The translations under genes and the position numbers were made by a program. The notes under the pieces are model-generated. The model was not told where the DNA came from. It saw nothing but the letters and a program-made list of their open reading frames with translations, and ran no database searches. Below are positions 53,726 to 64,000 of a stretch of DNA of 64,000 nucleotides, piece by piece. The DNA is from Phoronis australis (taxonomy: Eukaryota; Animalia; Phoronida), in contig NMRA01000745.1 of the NCBI GenBank assembly GCA_002633005.1, forward strand, positions 99,815 to 163,814, in the 5' to 3' direction. Within the stretch, counting starts at the first letter, position 1, and each line of letters starts with the position of its first letter.

Positions 53726-56462
53726 ATTTTATGTAACATGTGGGCCAAGGCCTTAAATGTTGAAATACATGAATTTGAATTTGAATTTTGAATTTTTGGG
53801 TATATCGTCTGTTGTCTCTATGGCACCATATTCAACATCATGATTGCATAGAATCTCAACCATGATATAACTTATGTTATTGTTTCTTACTCGCTATTTG
53901 TCAAGATTTTACTTTGTAACACACTATGTACAGTGTAGGCCTAAATTGAATGAGTTAATCGATTTACTGATTGATTTTTAGAGTCAAAACGACAAGGAAA
54001 ACCTTCAATTTGGGTGATGTGTCACACATTTTTTTGGAGATGAGCGTGACTTGGTGGCGATCATGAAAGCTGTGACAGTGACGATGAACCAATACTAGTA
54101 TACGAGCCAATCGTATCCATGGGTACAGTCTCAAAAAATAAGGAAGATGTTCATTTGAAGAAAAAGTCAAGATCGACAAAAACATTTGCACTGGGCGCTG
54201 GTATGGTAAATGGTATAATATAGGAAAAGCGCTCTAAGACCCACGTCTAAATTCCAAGGCCATTTCGTGTGAAGCTAGTGCAATAAGTTTATGGGTGGTG
54301 TCGACCTGTTGGATGCTCTGTCAGCAAAGTACAACTACGACATCACACTCGGAAGGTGGTATCTGTACCTTTTTTGATACATTATAACTTTGCTGTGGTC
54401 AATCTTTGGTTTATGTACCAAAAATGTGCTCTTCAAAGCCCGAAGGTGAGCTCGCGAAGCTGAGAATTTTCCAGGCCCATATCACTGTGCAAAACTCCCA
54501 AGCGAGGCTGTTCATCGTTGGATGAGGTTAAGTCGCCAAAACATGCACCAGCAATGATGACAAAAAACAGTTGTTCCGCGTGACGTTAGCTACAATGGTG
54601 TGGGTTGTTGACCCATAAAAAATGATAAAAGGGATCATTGCAAGTACCGTGTTGACGGTATACCGGAAGTGTGTGAGAAAAAAAATTCATTTCACAAAAA
54701 ATTGTTTCTGTCTGTGTTACATTTAGTTTTTACAACTAAATTGTATGGTGTTCAGATGCAACAGTGAGAATCAGTGACTGTTGTTTTTATTACAGGAATT
54801 GTATGCGAATTACTAGTTGGAAAAGTTTTTGCTGATAATTAGAGTAATTGTTGTATCAAAAGTGTTTCATTTCATGTTATTTTGTAGTGATTTTCATTAA
54901 CAAATATCTTGATAAATATTGGACATTTGCTACTGTCAGCTCCCACTGTTGCAAAATTGCAACATTGTACAAAACGAGGTCATTGAGTGCAATTTTTCTT
55001 TTAATGTTTTTTCATCATCTAGTGACCTAACTTCAAGTGTTTTTGAGCTCAAACAATTTTTAAGTACATTTTTGAACATCTGGGCCTTCTGGGGAAAATC
55101 ACAAGTATAAATAACACAGATATAGGTTCTACTCTCTGTAGTCACGGAAGAATACTTCGAATTTATCTCCGATCAGACCCCAAACTCCTGCTACGACCTT
55201 GGTAAATTGGCCTTCCGAACTTTGTAGACTACGGTGTGTCCAAATACCAGTAAATCCGTAACAGCGAAATAAAACAACACGTTTCTATAAGAAGTCGCTG
55301 TATTTTTAAGGGTTTTACATCGGAGTTTTATTGTTTATTGGTGTTAAACGATGAATTCAATAGATGAGCTGACACCACTAACCCGTGTTGTGAACTTCTG
55401 AAAAGACCGCGTGTGAAACCAATTACGTCATTGGATAATTTCAACACCTCCGTCTGCCGTCATGTGTCAGGTAACGCAACCGAACGTGCCGTTATCGGGG
55501 AGTACTACTCGGTCTAAATTGATAAAAAATAGGTTGTTTTTGTGTGACATTCTCCTTTAAGAATTCAGCATTAACAGCTGAACACCGGTGAAATGCCACT
55601 TCAAAATATACTTGGCTGTTTTGCGCAGAGATTCAACGGCATTACTGTAAAAAAAACGCGCATTTTCATTCAGAACGTCCTTTCCTTGTTAACATCATCG
55701 TATTTTGCCAAGTATATTTTTCTTGTTATCTAAAATCCATTTCTTACAATTTCAGTCCCATTCTCATGTACCGCTTTTCGATTCTCACGCCCAGTTTTCT
55801 TTTTTCACGAGCAGCTATAATTTCAGGTTGGCTTACTCCATGTTTAGAGGTTATTTTATTAGTGAAACTTGGTAATTTTAAGAACGAAGGCAGACGGAGA
55901 GCCACGAGTAGAGTTGTCAACTTCACGCAAAGGCGTGAAGAAGCGAGAAGGGTTGAATTAACTCATCCCACTTGAAGCGGACGGCTCAGCTCGTTGCTCT
56001 CTGTCTGCAGTGACTCTAATTGCAAAAGTGAAATGAGTCCTCCCCAACTTTAAAATTAGAAGTACATTTTCCGAGTAAGCTCTTGCGACTAGTAAGTAAT
56101 ATTTGAGAGTGGTGTGTGCTCTTTATCGTATCAAAGAACGGGCGTTTCAAATGCACGTGAGAATAATGTAGATGAGGTACGTGAGAAAGGAACTGATTTA
56201 TTCACAGCTAAATGTCTTTTTCGGGCGAAAATACGCTGTTAATGAAAAAGACCGTGGCATAAATGTTTTCCGCAGAGCCAGGGGAAAACTTGCTTGGGTA
56301 TGTGGCAGAAAGCAAACATGACAGGATATAAAATTCGTGTCCACTGACGAGCTAAATGGTGGTTGTGGAAAGTGTCTGCGACTTGGGGACGTGGTGTGGC
56401 CATACAGCTTTGACTACGTTAGACACGAACGAGACCGGAATTTTATGTTGGTCGCACTGTAC

Positions 56463-56638
56463 CTCATACACGCCAAGGTTGTCCCAGTTCTCTACAAGAT
56501 GATTTTTATAGTGTTCCGCTGACGGCGCCATTTCGTATACTTCCGCCCCAGGCTGAGCTGTGAATGATGACCCCGCCCAGAGATCATACACACTTCTCTT
56601 GTTCGCGCTGCTTCCTTTGAATACAAGTTCCCAGGCCT
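56463..56638 (-). CDS. Gene B exon 2
   Basis: cttgtag| and |gtacag; (E)AWELVFKGSSANKRSVYDLWAGSSFTAQPGAEVYEMAPSAEHYKNHLVENWDNLGVYE; 176 nt, same length as in gene A. Confidence 0.85.
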
Positions 56639-56953
56639 CTACAAGATAATATATACACAAATATTCGGAATGTTTGATAAATTTCGTTGAGATTTTGTAC
56701 AGGATTTTGTTAAACAATTGCAGCTATGTCTTATATGAATATCATTTTCACTGTGGAAGCGCCATTAAAATTGCCTTGCCAGTAATGTACACATTTTTAA
56801 AAAACTAGAACAATTTGGAATGTTCAACTGCAGTACCCTGCTATGTAATTACTGAGCAGGGTTCTCGGCCTGTTCAGACACTACGTTTCTTGGAAGTTAA
56901 TCACTGGATACCTGAACTGCGATCAAAGTTTAACTTTGAAGAAGACCAATTAC

Positions 56954-57266
56954 CTGTGGACGTGAATATGACCCAGCAGGTTTCCGCTGTCTTATACGTC
57001 GATAGCCACTTATTCCTACTTATTTCACAAATCTGGTGCTGACTGCTGAAACTCACGAATGAGCATTGCTTTGATAAGCACAGGCAAAGACATCTCGTCA
57101 GTAAAGAACTATTGTATACTACGTCCACGAAACTCGGCAGGATTCTGTGACCAATGTAGGACCTTGCCTGAGAAAATAGTCCCTGAATGCTTTCCTGAGT
57201 GGACAAGGCTACGATACTGTACATGCATAATACGACTACGAGCGGGTGACTTTTGCAAGATGACAT
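56954..57266 (-). CDS. Gene B exon 1: signal peptide + PAN/Apple-like module
   Basis: MSSCKSHPLVVVLCMYSIVALS..ARSYIGHRILPSFVD..LTRCLCLCLSKQCSFVSFSSQHQICEISR..; five exons sum to 888 nt (295 aa + stop), open frame. Confidence 0.85.
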
Positions 57267-57341
57267 GTTCGTTACTGCGACAACCTCAACCAAGCACACT
57301 TACTGTGCGACCAATACGTGCTATCTGCGAAACCAGTTGCA

Positions 57342-57347
57342 TTTATA
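57342..57347 (-). promoter_or_regulatory. Candidate TATA box of gene B
   Basis: TATAAA ~75 bp upstream of the ATG. Gene A has TATAA at the equivalent place (21697-21701), and the flanking ~100 bp align between paralogs. Confidence 0.35.
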
Positions 57348-58787
57348 AGTGTTCGCGCCAGAAAGAAAACAATACATAAATAATTGGGATCACGTGATAT
57401 GTTCCGTGCCTAGCGTTTGTGCAGATGAGGAAAAGTAAACACTGTACAAGACACCATTGGCCGGTTGGATGAAACTCTGATTCTTGACTTTTGCACCATA
57501 TGTTTGGACTTGTGCCTAGATGTATACTGGATATCCTGTCTCATGCTTTTTTAGCTTTGATACGCACACAAAGAATATTCTACGTTGAAATTGCAAAATT
57601 ATTGAAAGATTTGAGGACTTTTCGTGCAACGTTCCCAATTCAAGCACCATGACCCTATTGTATTAAAAATAAGCGCTCATTTTTCAGATTTATTATGGAA
57701 TGGTTTAGAGCACGAACGTAATGGCCACAATGTCTTTGTGAGTAAGCGTTTGATGTTAGACTGAGTAAGTGGTCCCCACCGAGACCGCGCTACTGACTTC
57801 GGCTACGCTAGGCAATCGAGGCACAGCGACTTGTAGGATATTACATCCATGTCGAAGTGACGAGGTACGTGTCGTAATATTTTAACTTCGTAATCTCTAA
57901 CAGATGTAATTTTGAAATTCTGTGATCTGAAATATGTTTACTTCACCGTAAGGTAAGTTTCATGTGGCAACGGGCTGTACATAAGCGTCTCAGGTCAAAC
58001 CGATGATGTCATTTCCGTCGTTTACTACGAGCGCCACCAAAAGTTTTTTCGGTGCTAAATGAAGTTCGTGGTGGATCATACGATAGTAATTGGCGTAATT
58101 AATGTCAGGGATAAACGAAAAGATGATATGTTTATGTTGATGAATGATACCTTACATATAATGATATATTTAACATGTTCAAAAGTCATTTGGCCGTTAC
58201 ATAGCGTCTTTAAGACGAGTTGAACACACTGCTGCGCAGAAGTCCTCTGTTTTCGCTTGCTTCACATTTTTTCAACCTTATTTAAATTGGAGTCTGAAAT
58301 ACCAATCCATTCTAGACATGTCCTTACTGATATGAGAACTGGAGTCCCAGTGAAAGGATTGCTTATAAATTATGTTTCCGTCGCTATTACAAATGAGCGG
58401 AACCGCGCCCTGATATCAACTCAAAGTAAAAGATAGTTCTAGTATTATTGGACATTGAACATCTGACAGGCAGTGATCGAAGTAGTCAGGTTCAATATTA
58501 ATAATACTGTAATAAATAACGTCGATGTATCAAAATAGTGTGCATGTACAAGTATATTACTTCAGTTATCTCTGTTATTACGACAAGCAATGGCAAATGG
58601 ACCTTTTTAACCACCAAATCTGTCCTTGTTAAATTGTATGTAAGTTCTTCAGCAAAATTAAATGAGAATTCTGTAAGTTTTGTGTACACAAGTTATAGAT
58701 TTCTTCTAAAAGAGGAGATTATTTTTTCGTCTTATTTTTGCAGTTAGAACTCATGTTGACTTATTGGATAGGTCTGCACTTCATCAG

Positions 58788-59175
58788 CAGCGTTGGAATT
58801 ACAAGCTGACCCGGTGGCTCGGGGCCAGCTCATTTGCGGCCAGGCCCTAACTTTTAAAAGTCACCGGCCGAACCCACTGTACGTGGGTTCGGTATCAAAT
58901 TCAATGAATTCAAAAACATGTATTTGACTAATTTTGTTTGCATTTTGAACGACAAGTTTTCTTTTGAGTCTTGTGGGCAATAATCCCTCACCTAGAGTGA
59001 ATGAAACTGAAAACAAAGAGCAGGGTTCTCAAGTACGTTTACATTTCGTGTAAATGGAAAAGATTGAGAAAATGTAATTAGGATGTTTAAAGTAGAGCCA
59101 GCAACTTGGCCAGTAACTTTTCTGACCAACTGTCAGGGTGAGCCAGCACATTTGTTTGTTGAAGTTCGAACACTG
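58788..59175. mobile_element. ~390-bp MITE (CAG..CTG ends, hAT-like)
   Basis: cagcgttggaatt vs reverse complement cagtgttcgaactt. Confidence 0.45.
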
Positions 59176-60899
59176 TGCCTCAGCCATCCACTCTCTGGTC
59201 AGTCTCATTTCATAACTTAACTCTGATGATCTGTTTCTTAACAGTTGTGTAGCAAAATTGTGCTATAAAATCTCAAGAGTTGTGCCAATGGTTTCACAAT
59301 TTACATTGTAAACACTCTGTATGTTAACCATGGTATTTACTTTACTTCTTTCGGTGTCTCGGTACTACATTTACGTTTCTACTAATATCTTCTATCGATT
59401 ATTTGACAATGGTCTCCTCGGTGATGATATAAACATTGGTCAACGACCGCGGTGCCTAAATGTTCTTTGAAGGGATTATGGAAATAAAACATTACAATCT
59501 TAGCACATTAGTAAATTTTACTGTTTAAAAGTGCATTGAATTCACAGAACCTTTCTCACAAACCTATAGGCCTATTTTTGACTGACGAGTGAGTAATTAA
59601 TTCGAGTCTTCAGTGGAAAATCTTGCATGTCGCAGAAAGTCCCCAACCACAAATATAAGGAGGCAAAGGTCTGCGTCCATTGCACGCGGTCTCTGAAAGA
59701 GGGAGACAAACGCAATTTTAATGGAAAATAGGCTCGTAATACCAAAAACGATAAGCTGGCGGCGTTTTTGGCCGCCCATGGGGTATGTTCCTAAGCCCTT
59801 AGGTGCCATTTTGTGCCTATGGTATGACACCATAAGTGTTAGTTTACGTTCAAATATTAACCTAAAATGTCATTACTCGGCGAGCAGATAATAGTCCGCT
59901 TGGGAGACTAAGTACACAAACACGATGTTACACAAGCACCGATGTTTCAATAAGATTCAAGCACTGCATTTTTTTGTGCATTAGCAGTCGCCAGAACCAG
60001 GATTGGTTGAAACGAGGATTGGTTCCTAGGTTGAAATTATCTAAACAGGGCTCTGTACCCTTTTAACAAACCGAGGGAACATCACCTTAGCAACCGTAAC
60101 TTATTCACTTCTGTTATTGAAATTCATGATACTTGAAATTTAAGCACTTCTCACTTGCTTTAGTAACTCTTTAAAGCTTGTTGTTATGCCAGACAAAAGA
60201 CTTCACGCAGTAGGCCTAGTCAACAAAAGGAGCCGGATGTTATCACTAATGTCAGATCCGGTTTCTCGGATAAAACGGATCAGGAGAAGGCTGTAATGAT
60301 CTGGTGTTGTGAAGAGTGACCCATTTTCGTGAACCTCGCTGCATTTGTTAGTCGAGAGTCAGTATCTTAATATGCCGCTGTGGGGATAATTGAATAAAAT
60401 ACAATAACGTTGACACAATTTTGTTTTTATTACAATGCAATCATTGGTTATGCTGAGTGTCAGTTAAGCTCTCTGCTAGTGGCTGTGTGGAACAGATGAA
60501 AGTTTTGAAAGTGCCCGCGCCAATGTGTTATTTAGCAATCAAATTGTGCAGTACACATGTATAATATAGTTAGTTGTTTAGGCGCCCCGATTGAGAGGCT
60601 CCTCGGTCAAAGGTCAAAAATCCGAAAGGAAGCGTCAACGGTCACGTGCGATGGATGCAACCATAAGTGACGTCATCCCCCAACAGGAAGGAAGTAACAA
60701 TGACGTCACACTTCATTTCGTTATAGGTTTAATTAGACCCGTTAATGAGGATCCTCAATCCAAGGTCAAGGTCATGCGTGTAACCGGAAGTGGTTGGTAA
60801 ACCCGAAGATCGAATCGGAAATCACCACATATGTCATTACGAAAATTAGGGCGTTGCACCGTCCACCACCCGGATGTTCATTGCGTTTGTTCAACTGAT

Positions 60900-63260
60900 C
60901 GAGAGCGAAGTGGCCATAATGTTACAGTGATCAAGTCTTCTCGAAAATCCCTGAACTAGTGCCGGCGTTTTGCTGTCACATAGCCGTGTGTTAAGTTTGT
61001 GCTTCAACTGTTCACGCATCATCTGGAAAATCTTCCACAAAAATACTGAAGTCCCACCCCGGGCCCCGGTGACGGAGAGACTTCAAGTGACAAGCACCGC
61101 TCTAGTGATGTCCTACGCTTTTATACTAAATTTCATCAAAATACAATTAGTTTTTTGTGGTAGCGAGCAGACGGCAACTCAGTGTTCAAAGGGGCAAACT
61201 GGACATCAAGGGTGTTGTTATAGTCAACGAACTGGTCCCAAAGCACTGCTGTCACATTTCTCTGAGCCAGGTTCCGGCTTGGAATATGTAAGTTCGATGT
61301 TCACATATTCGAAATCGCTCTTTTCTCTCAAGACAACAGATAAAGTCCATATCGAGACCAAAATGATCTCTAAGGGGTGTTGCAACAGTCTAATCTGCCA
61401 ATAAAAAAGATTGCTGCCAAAGAAATGTCGTCACATATCTCAGTGTACAGTTTCATTGAAATCTATACGTCGATAGATATTACCCGGAAACCCTGTTCCT
61501 CAATAAAATAGAGCCCTTTTCGAGACCGCAACGGCCATTAGGCGTGTGTGGTTGTCGAATCTGTCCGAAAACCGATTGATACCACCGCATCCTCTTCACA
61601 TTACCTCTTTGACCGTCTTCCTACCGGCAACGAGCATCACTGACATGAATTTCCGCATAAAGGCCCATAAACGCCCATGATCATGGGCGTTTATTTGGTG
61701 TTCAATCTTCGGGTTTCAAGTTTTCAAACAATGGGACGTTTATTCGGAAAGTTTTATCTTAAAACTCCATTCAGTGTCAATTTGTAATCGCAAATTCAGT
61801 TTTATGGAGTATACAAGCATGTCATTTGTGAAAAGAGAATACAGTCTTGGCGAACTTGATATTTATAGCTTGAAAATAAACACACGGTTTTTTGAAAAAA
61901 ACAAACGTTGGCATTTTCATAGCAGTTTTCCGTTTACACCCCCATCCCCTTTAGGAAAAACCGCCCGTGTGTTTATTTGCTAAACTGCTTGAAAATATAA
62001 TTTTCCGAATAATTGTACACGCCCATCATGAGCTCTTCTGCGGAAATTCCCGGTAGCCTGTATGTGCGCCAAGCTTTGTCTATGAATAACGGGGCAAGAT
62101 GCATAAAATACATGTATGAACAACCACTAGGGATCAAAAAATGTCAATGGAACAGTTTTCAATCTAGTGGTCGTTTGATTTTGTTGTCATTGTAGTGTTT
62201 ATAGGAACAGCTCATTATCATAGCTATTTCCTAAGTGTTAAGCGTGGTCACTGGATCGAATCATACGGACTAATTCGGTGTTTTTTTAAGAGTTCTCCCG
62301 GTCTACTTTTGTATTTTGGCCTCCCGACAGATTTGCTACTTTAAAGAGTTATTTAATACATATTACAGATCTGTTTAGCACAGTGTGCTTTGTAAAATTA
62401 TTTAGCGCACTCAGTTCGTTTGGTCCCGCGACAATTAGACTATTTTTATCAAGATATTTAACACAGTGTAATTTTGGCCTCACGACGGACAGGGCCCGCT
62501 TATTTGTTTGAATATTGACTTTCAGCGTACATCTCGTCCCTCGGCGAACTGGTCTTGTATATCTTTTCACCCCAGTGCATAGTATCTTTTGTTTTGGTTC
62601 CCTGAAAATGTGATTTGTTTCCGGATATAATTGACAGGGTAGCCAAACAGCCAACGTGATTCAAATTAATAAAGACAAATAGTGATATTTACATGTAAGT
62701 GTTTGTTGACGCTTTAAGTTTCCGGATACAATTGACATTTTTCAATTGTTGCGACATACGGTGGACAAAAGCCAACGTGATTCAACTTAATAAAGACAAT
62801 TGATGATATTTAAGGGTTTATTGTCGATATTAATAATAGATTATGCGCTGATATCACCACTGTTTGTTATGGTTATTTCCAGGGCAGTTCTACGTTCTTA
62901 AACAACTGGAGGCTGCTCTCACGCGATCATCTGATATTCATATGTTGGTTTGTACGTGGCTTTTGAAAATTTGGTAGTTGTCTAAACCCCTGTATACACA
63001 GTACACATTCTCGAATACGACTTTTCTTATGCTATGAATCAGTCTATGTAGACAGATGTTCCACCTAACGTTTTGCTGGTGGTGTGACTCATACCCAGGT
63101 GCGCACAAATATTAGTACGGATCTTATTAGACAAGTTCATGAGATGGAATCGAAAATGGTTTTAAATCATTTTGAGAAAAACTCCATGTCACAAATTCTC
63201 CAGGATGCATGGAAACAGCACTATTTGGCTACCAAAACAAAACATCCTCTTACATGGGAG
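60900..63260 (-). pseudogene. Probable relic of a third paralog: homologous to gene A introns 4 and 3, exons 4-5 not found
   Basis: 60900-61610 aligns by eye to 11055-11730; 62520-63255 aligns to 14470-15105. Confidence 0.55.
61646..62050. mobile_element. ~400-bp MITE
   Basis: gaatttccgca..catgggcgt vs acgcccat..tgcggaaattc. Confidence 0.55.
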
Positions 63261-63975
63261 GGTACCGATTCCCCTCCCCCCCACCTGCCTGGCCTGCTCG
63301 ACGTACGAGCCTGGGATTCGCGCGAATCCAGAACCCACGCTAACTTAAAACGTAAATCTGACACTTAGTATAGTGTGTTTGCCTCAGGAAAATTAGAATA
63401 CTCACGCTTTCAGAGAGTCTTTGAGATCAAAGCAAATCTCTTTTTTAAATGAGCACGATTAAAAGGGACCATCGACCGAGAGCTTCTACTAAGAAGTCAC
63501 GTTTTTGTAGAATATTTCCGTATCATCATTTAAGGCTAACACGTTCGAATATACATTTACATGTACATAAAACATTTGCATATCAAATCCACTTGCAAAT
63601 AAGACATGGTCCAACTTGCACAGTTACGTTACAAAACAGATAACTGTTTCGATCCTATAAGGACTTCCGCGATCATCTCATTTCTAAGGGCATCCTAACT
63701 ATTCCGGTATTTAAGGATATTTCCAACCTTATTCACAAAAATTGGCCATTTTTACAAAATTTCACTTGTGTCTAGCAAAATACCTTATATTCATTCTCAG
63801 GGAACTTCAAATACGAAATATATACTGCGCAGCGAGAAAAAAAAAAGATTTAGCAGAACCACCTTGGAACCGCACAACCGCGTGGATATTTGTTTAGCAC
63901 TTATCCAAGGTCAAAGGTTAAAGGGCTTTCAAGTAAATCGAGTCTCCCGCCAGGTACAGAACAGCTTCGGTATAC

Positions 63976-64000
63976 CAGTGGCGGATCTACGGGGGGGGGT
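63976..64000 (+). mobile_element. Start of a CAGTGGCGGATCT-type MITE; related ends near 9500-9660, 9865, 15178-15191, 28621-28635
   Basis: cagtggcggatcta followed by a G-run; reverse-complement tagatccgccactg elsewhere in the window. Confidence 0.55.

Larger units (their letters stand above)
49281..53791 (+). mobile_element. Near full-length decayed non-LTR retrotransposon (RTE-X-like; clade tentative)
   Basis: ORF1 + ORF2 (APE endonuclease, RT, C-terminal CCHC-like region); (gaattt)n tail; candidate TSD atttttgtgt (49271-49280) / atttttgggt (53792-53801). Confidence 0.9.
48709..55094 (+). mobile_element. Decayed piggyBac-like transposon, itself interrupted by a LINE
   Basis: Inverted ends cctggaaggccc / gggccttctggg. 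Transposase remnant ~53960-54710: NKFMGGVDLLDAL..RRWYLYLF..AVVN.W and Cys-rich tail RDV.YNGVG..P..KR.HCKY. Confidence 0.7.
47860..55556. mobile_element. Second, left-truncated copy of the TTAA element, split by a piggyBac-like insert
   Basis: 47860-48705 matches 41585-42550; 55095-55556 matches 42565-42819 plus 47642-47855; ends gacattctcct|ttaa. Confidence 0.7.

Overview
Eukaryotic, AT-rich, transposon-dense genomic DNA from an animal. A lophotrochozoan such as a mollusc is likely, but that is inferred from repeat style only. Most ORFs in the supplied track are spurious; real genes are split by GT-AG introns. Reconstructed by hand: (1) four spliced exons (+, 3267-6966) of a bacterial-style cobalamin-independent methionine synthase-like Zn enzyme (MetE C-terminal / Meth_synt_2 barrel), with one in-frame TAA and its 5' exon(s) not found in the window; (2) two intact tandem paralogous 5-exon genes (-; A 10630-21623, B 33813-57266) encoding ~295-aa secreted proteins (signal peptide, PAN/Apple-like Cys module, ~190-aa unnamed Trp-rich domain), plus a probable third, exon-depleted relic at ~60.9-63.3 kb; (3) many mobile elements: a near-full-length decayed LINE (RTE-X-like), a 5'-truncated relative, an L1/Tx1 3' fragment, Academ-like, piggyBac, Tc1/mariner and THAP remnants, TTAA-flanked elements nested several layers deep, and many MITEs. 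Two tandem duplications flank single-N gaps and are probably assembly/haplotype artefacts. Recurrent TA>TACATGTA insertions distinguish homologous copies.
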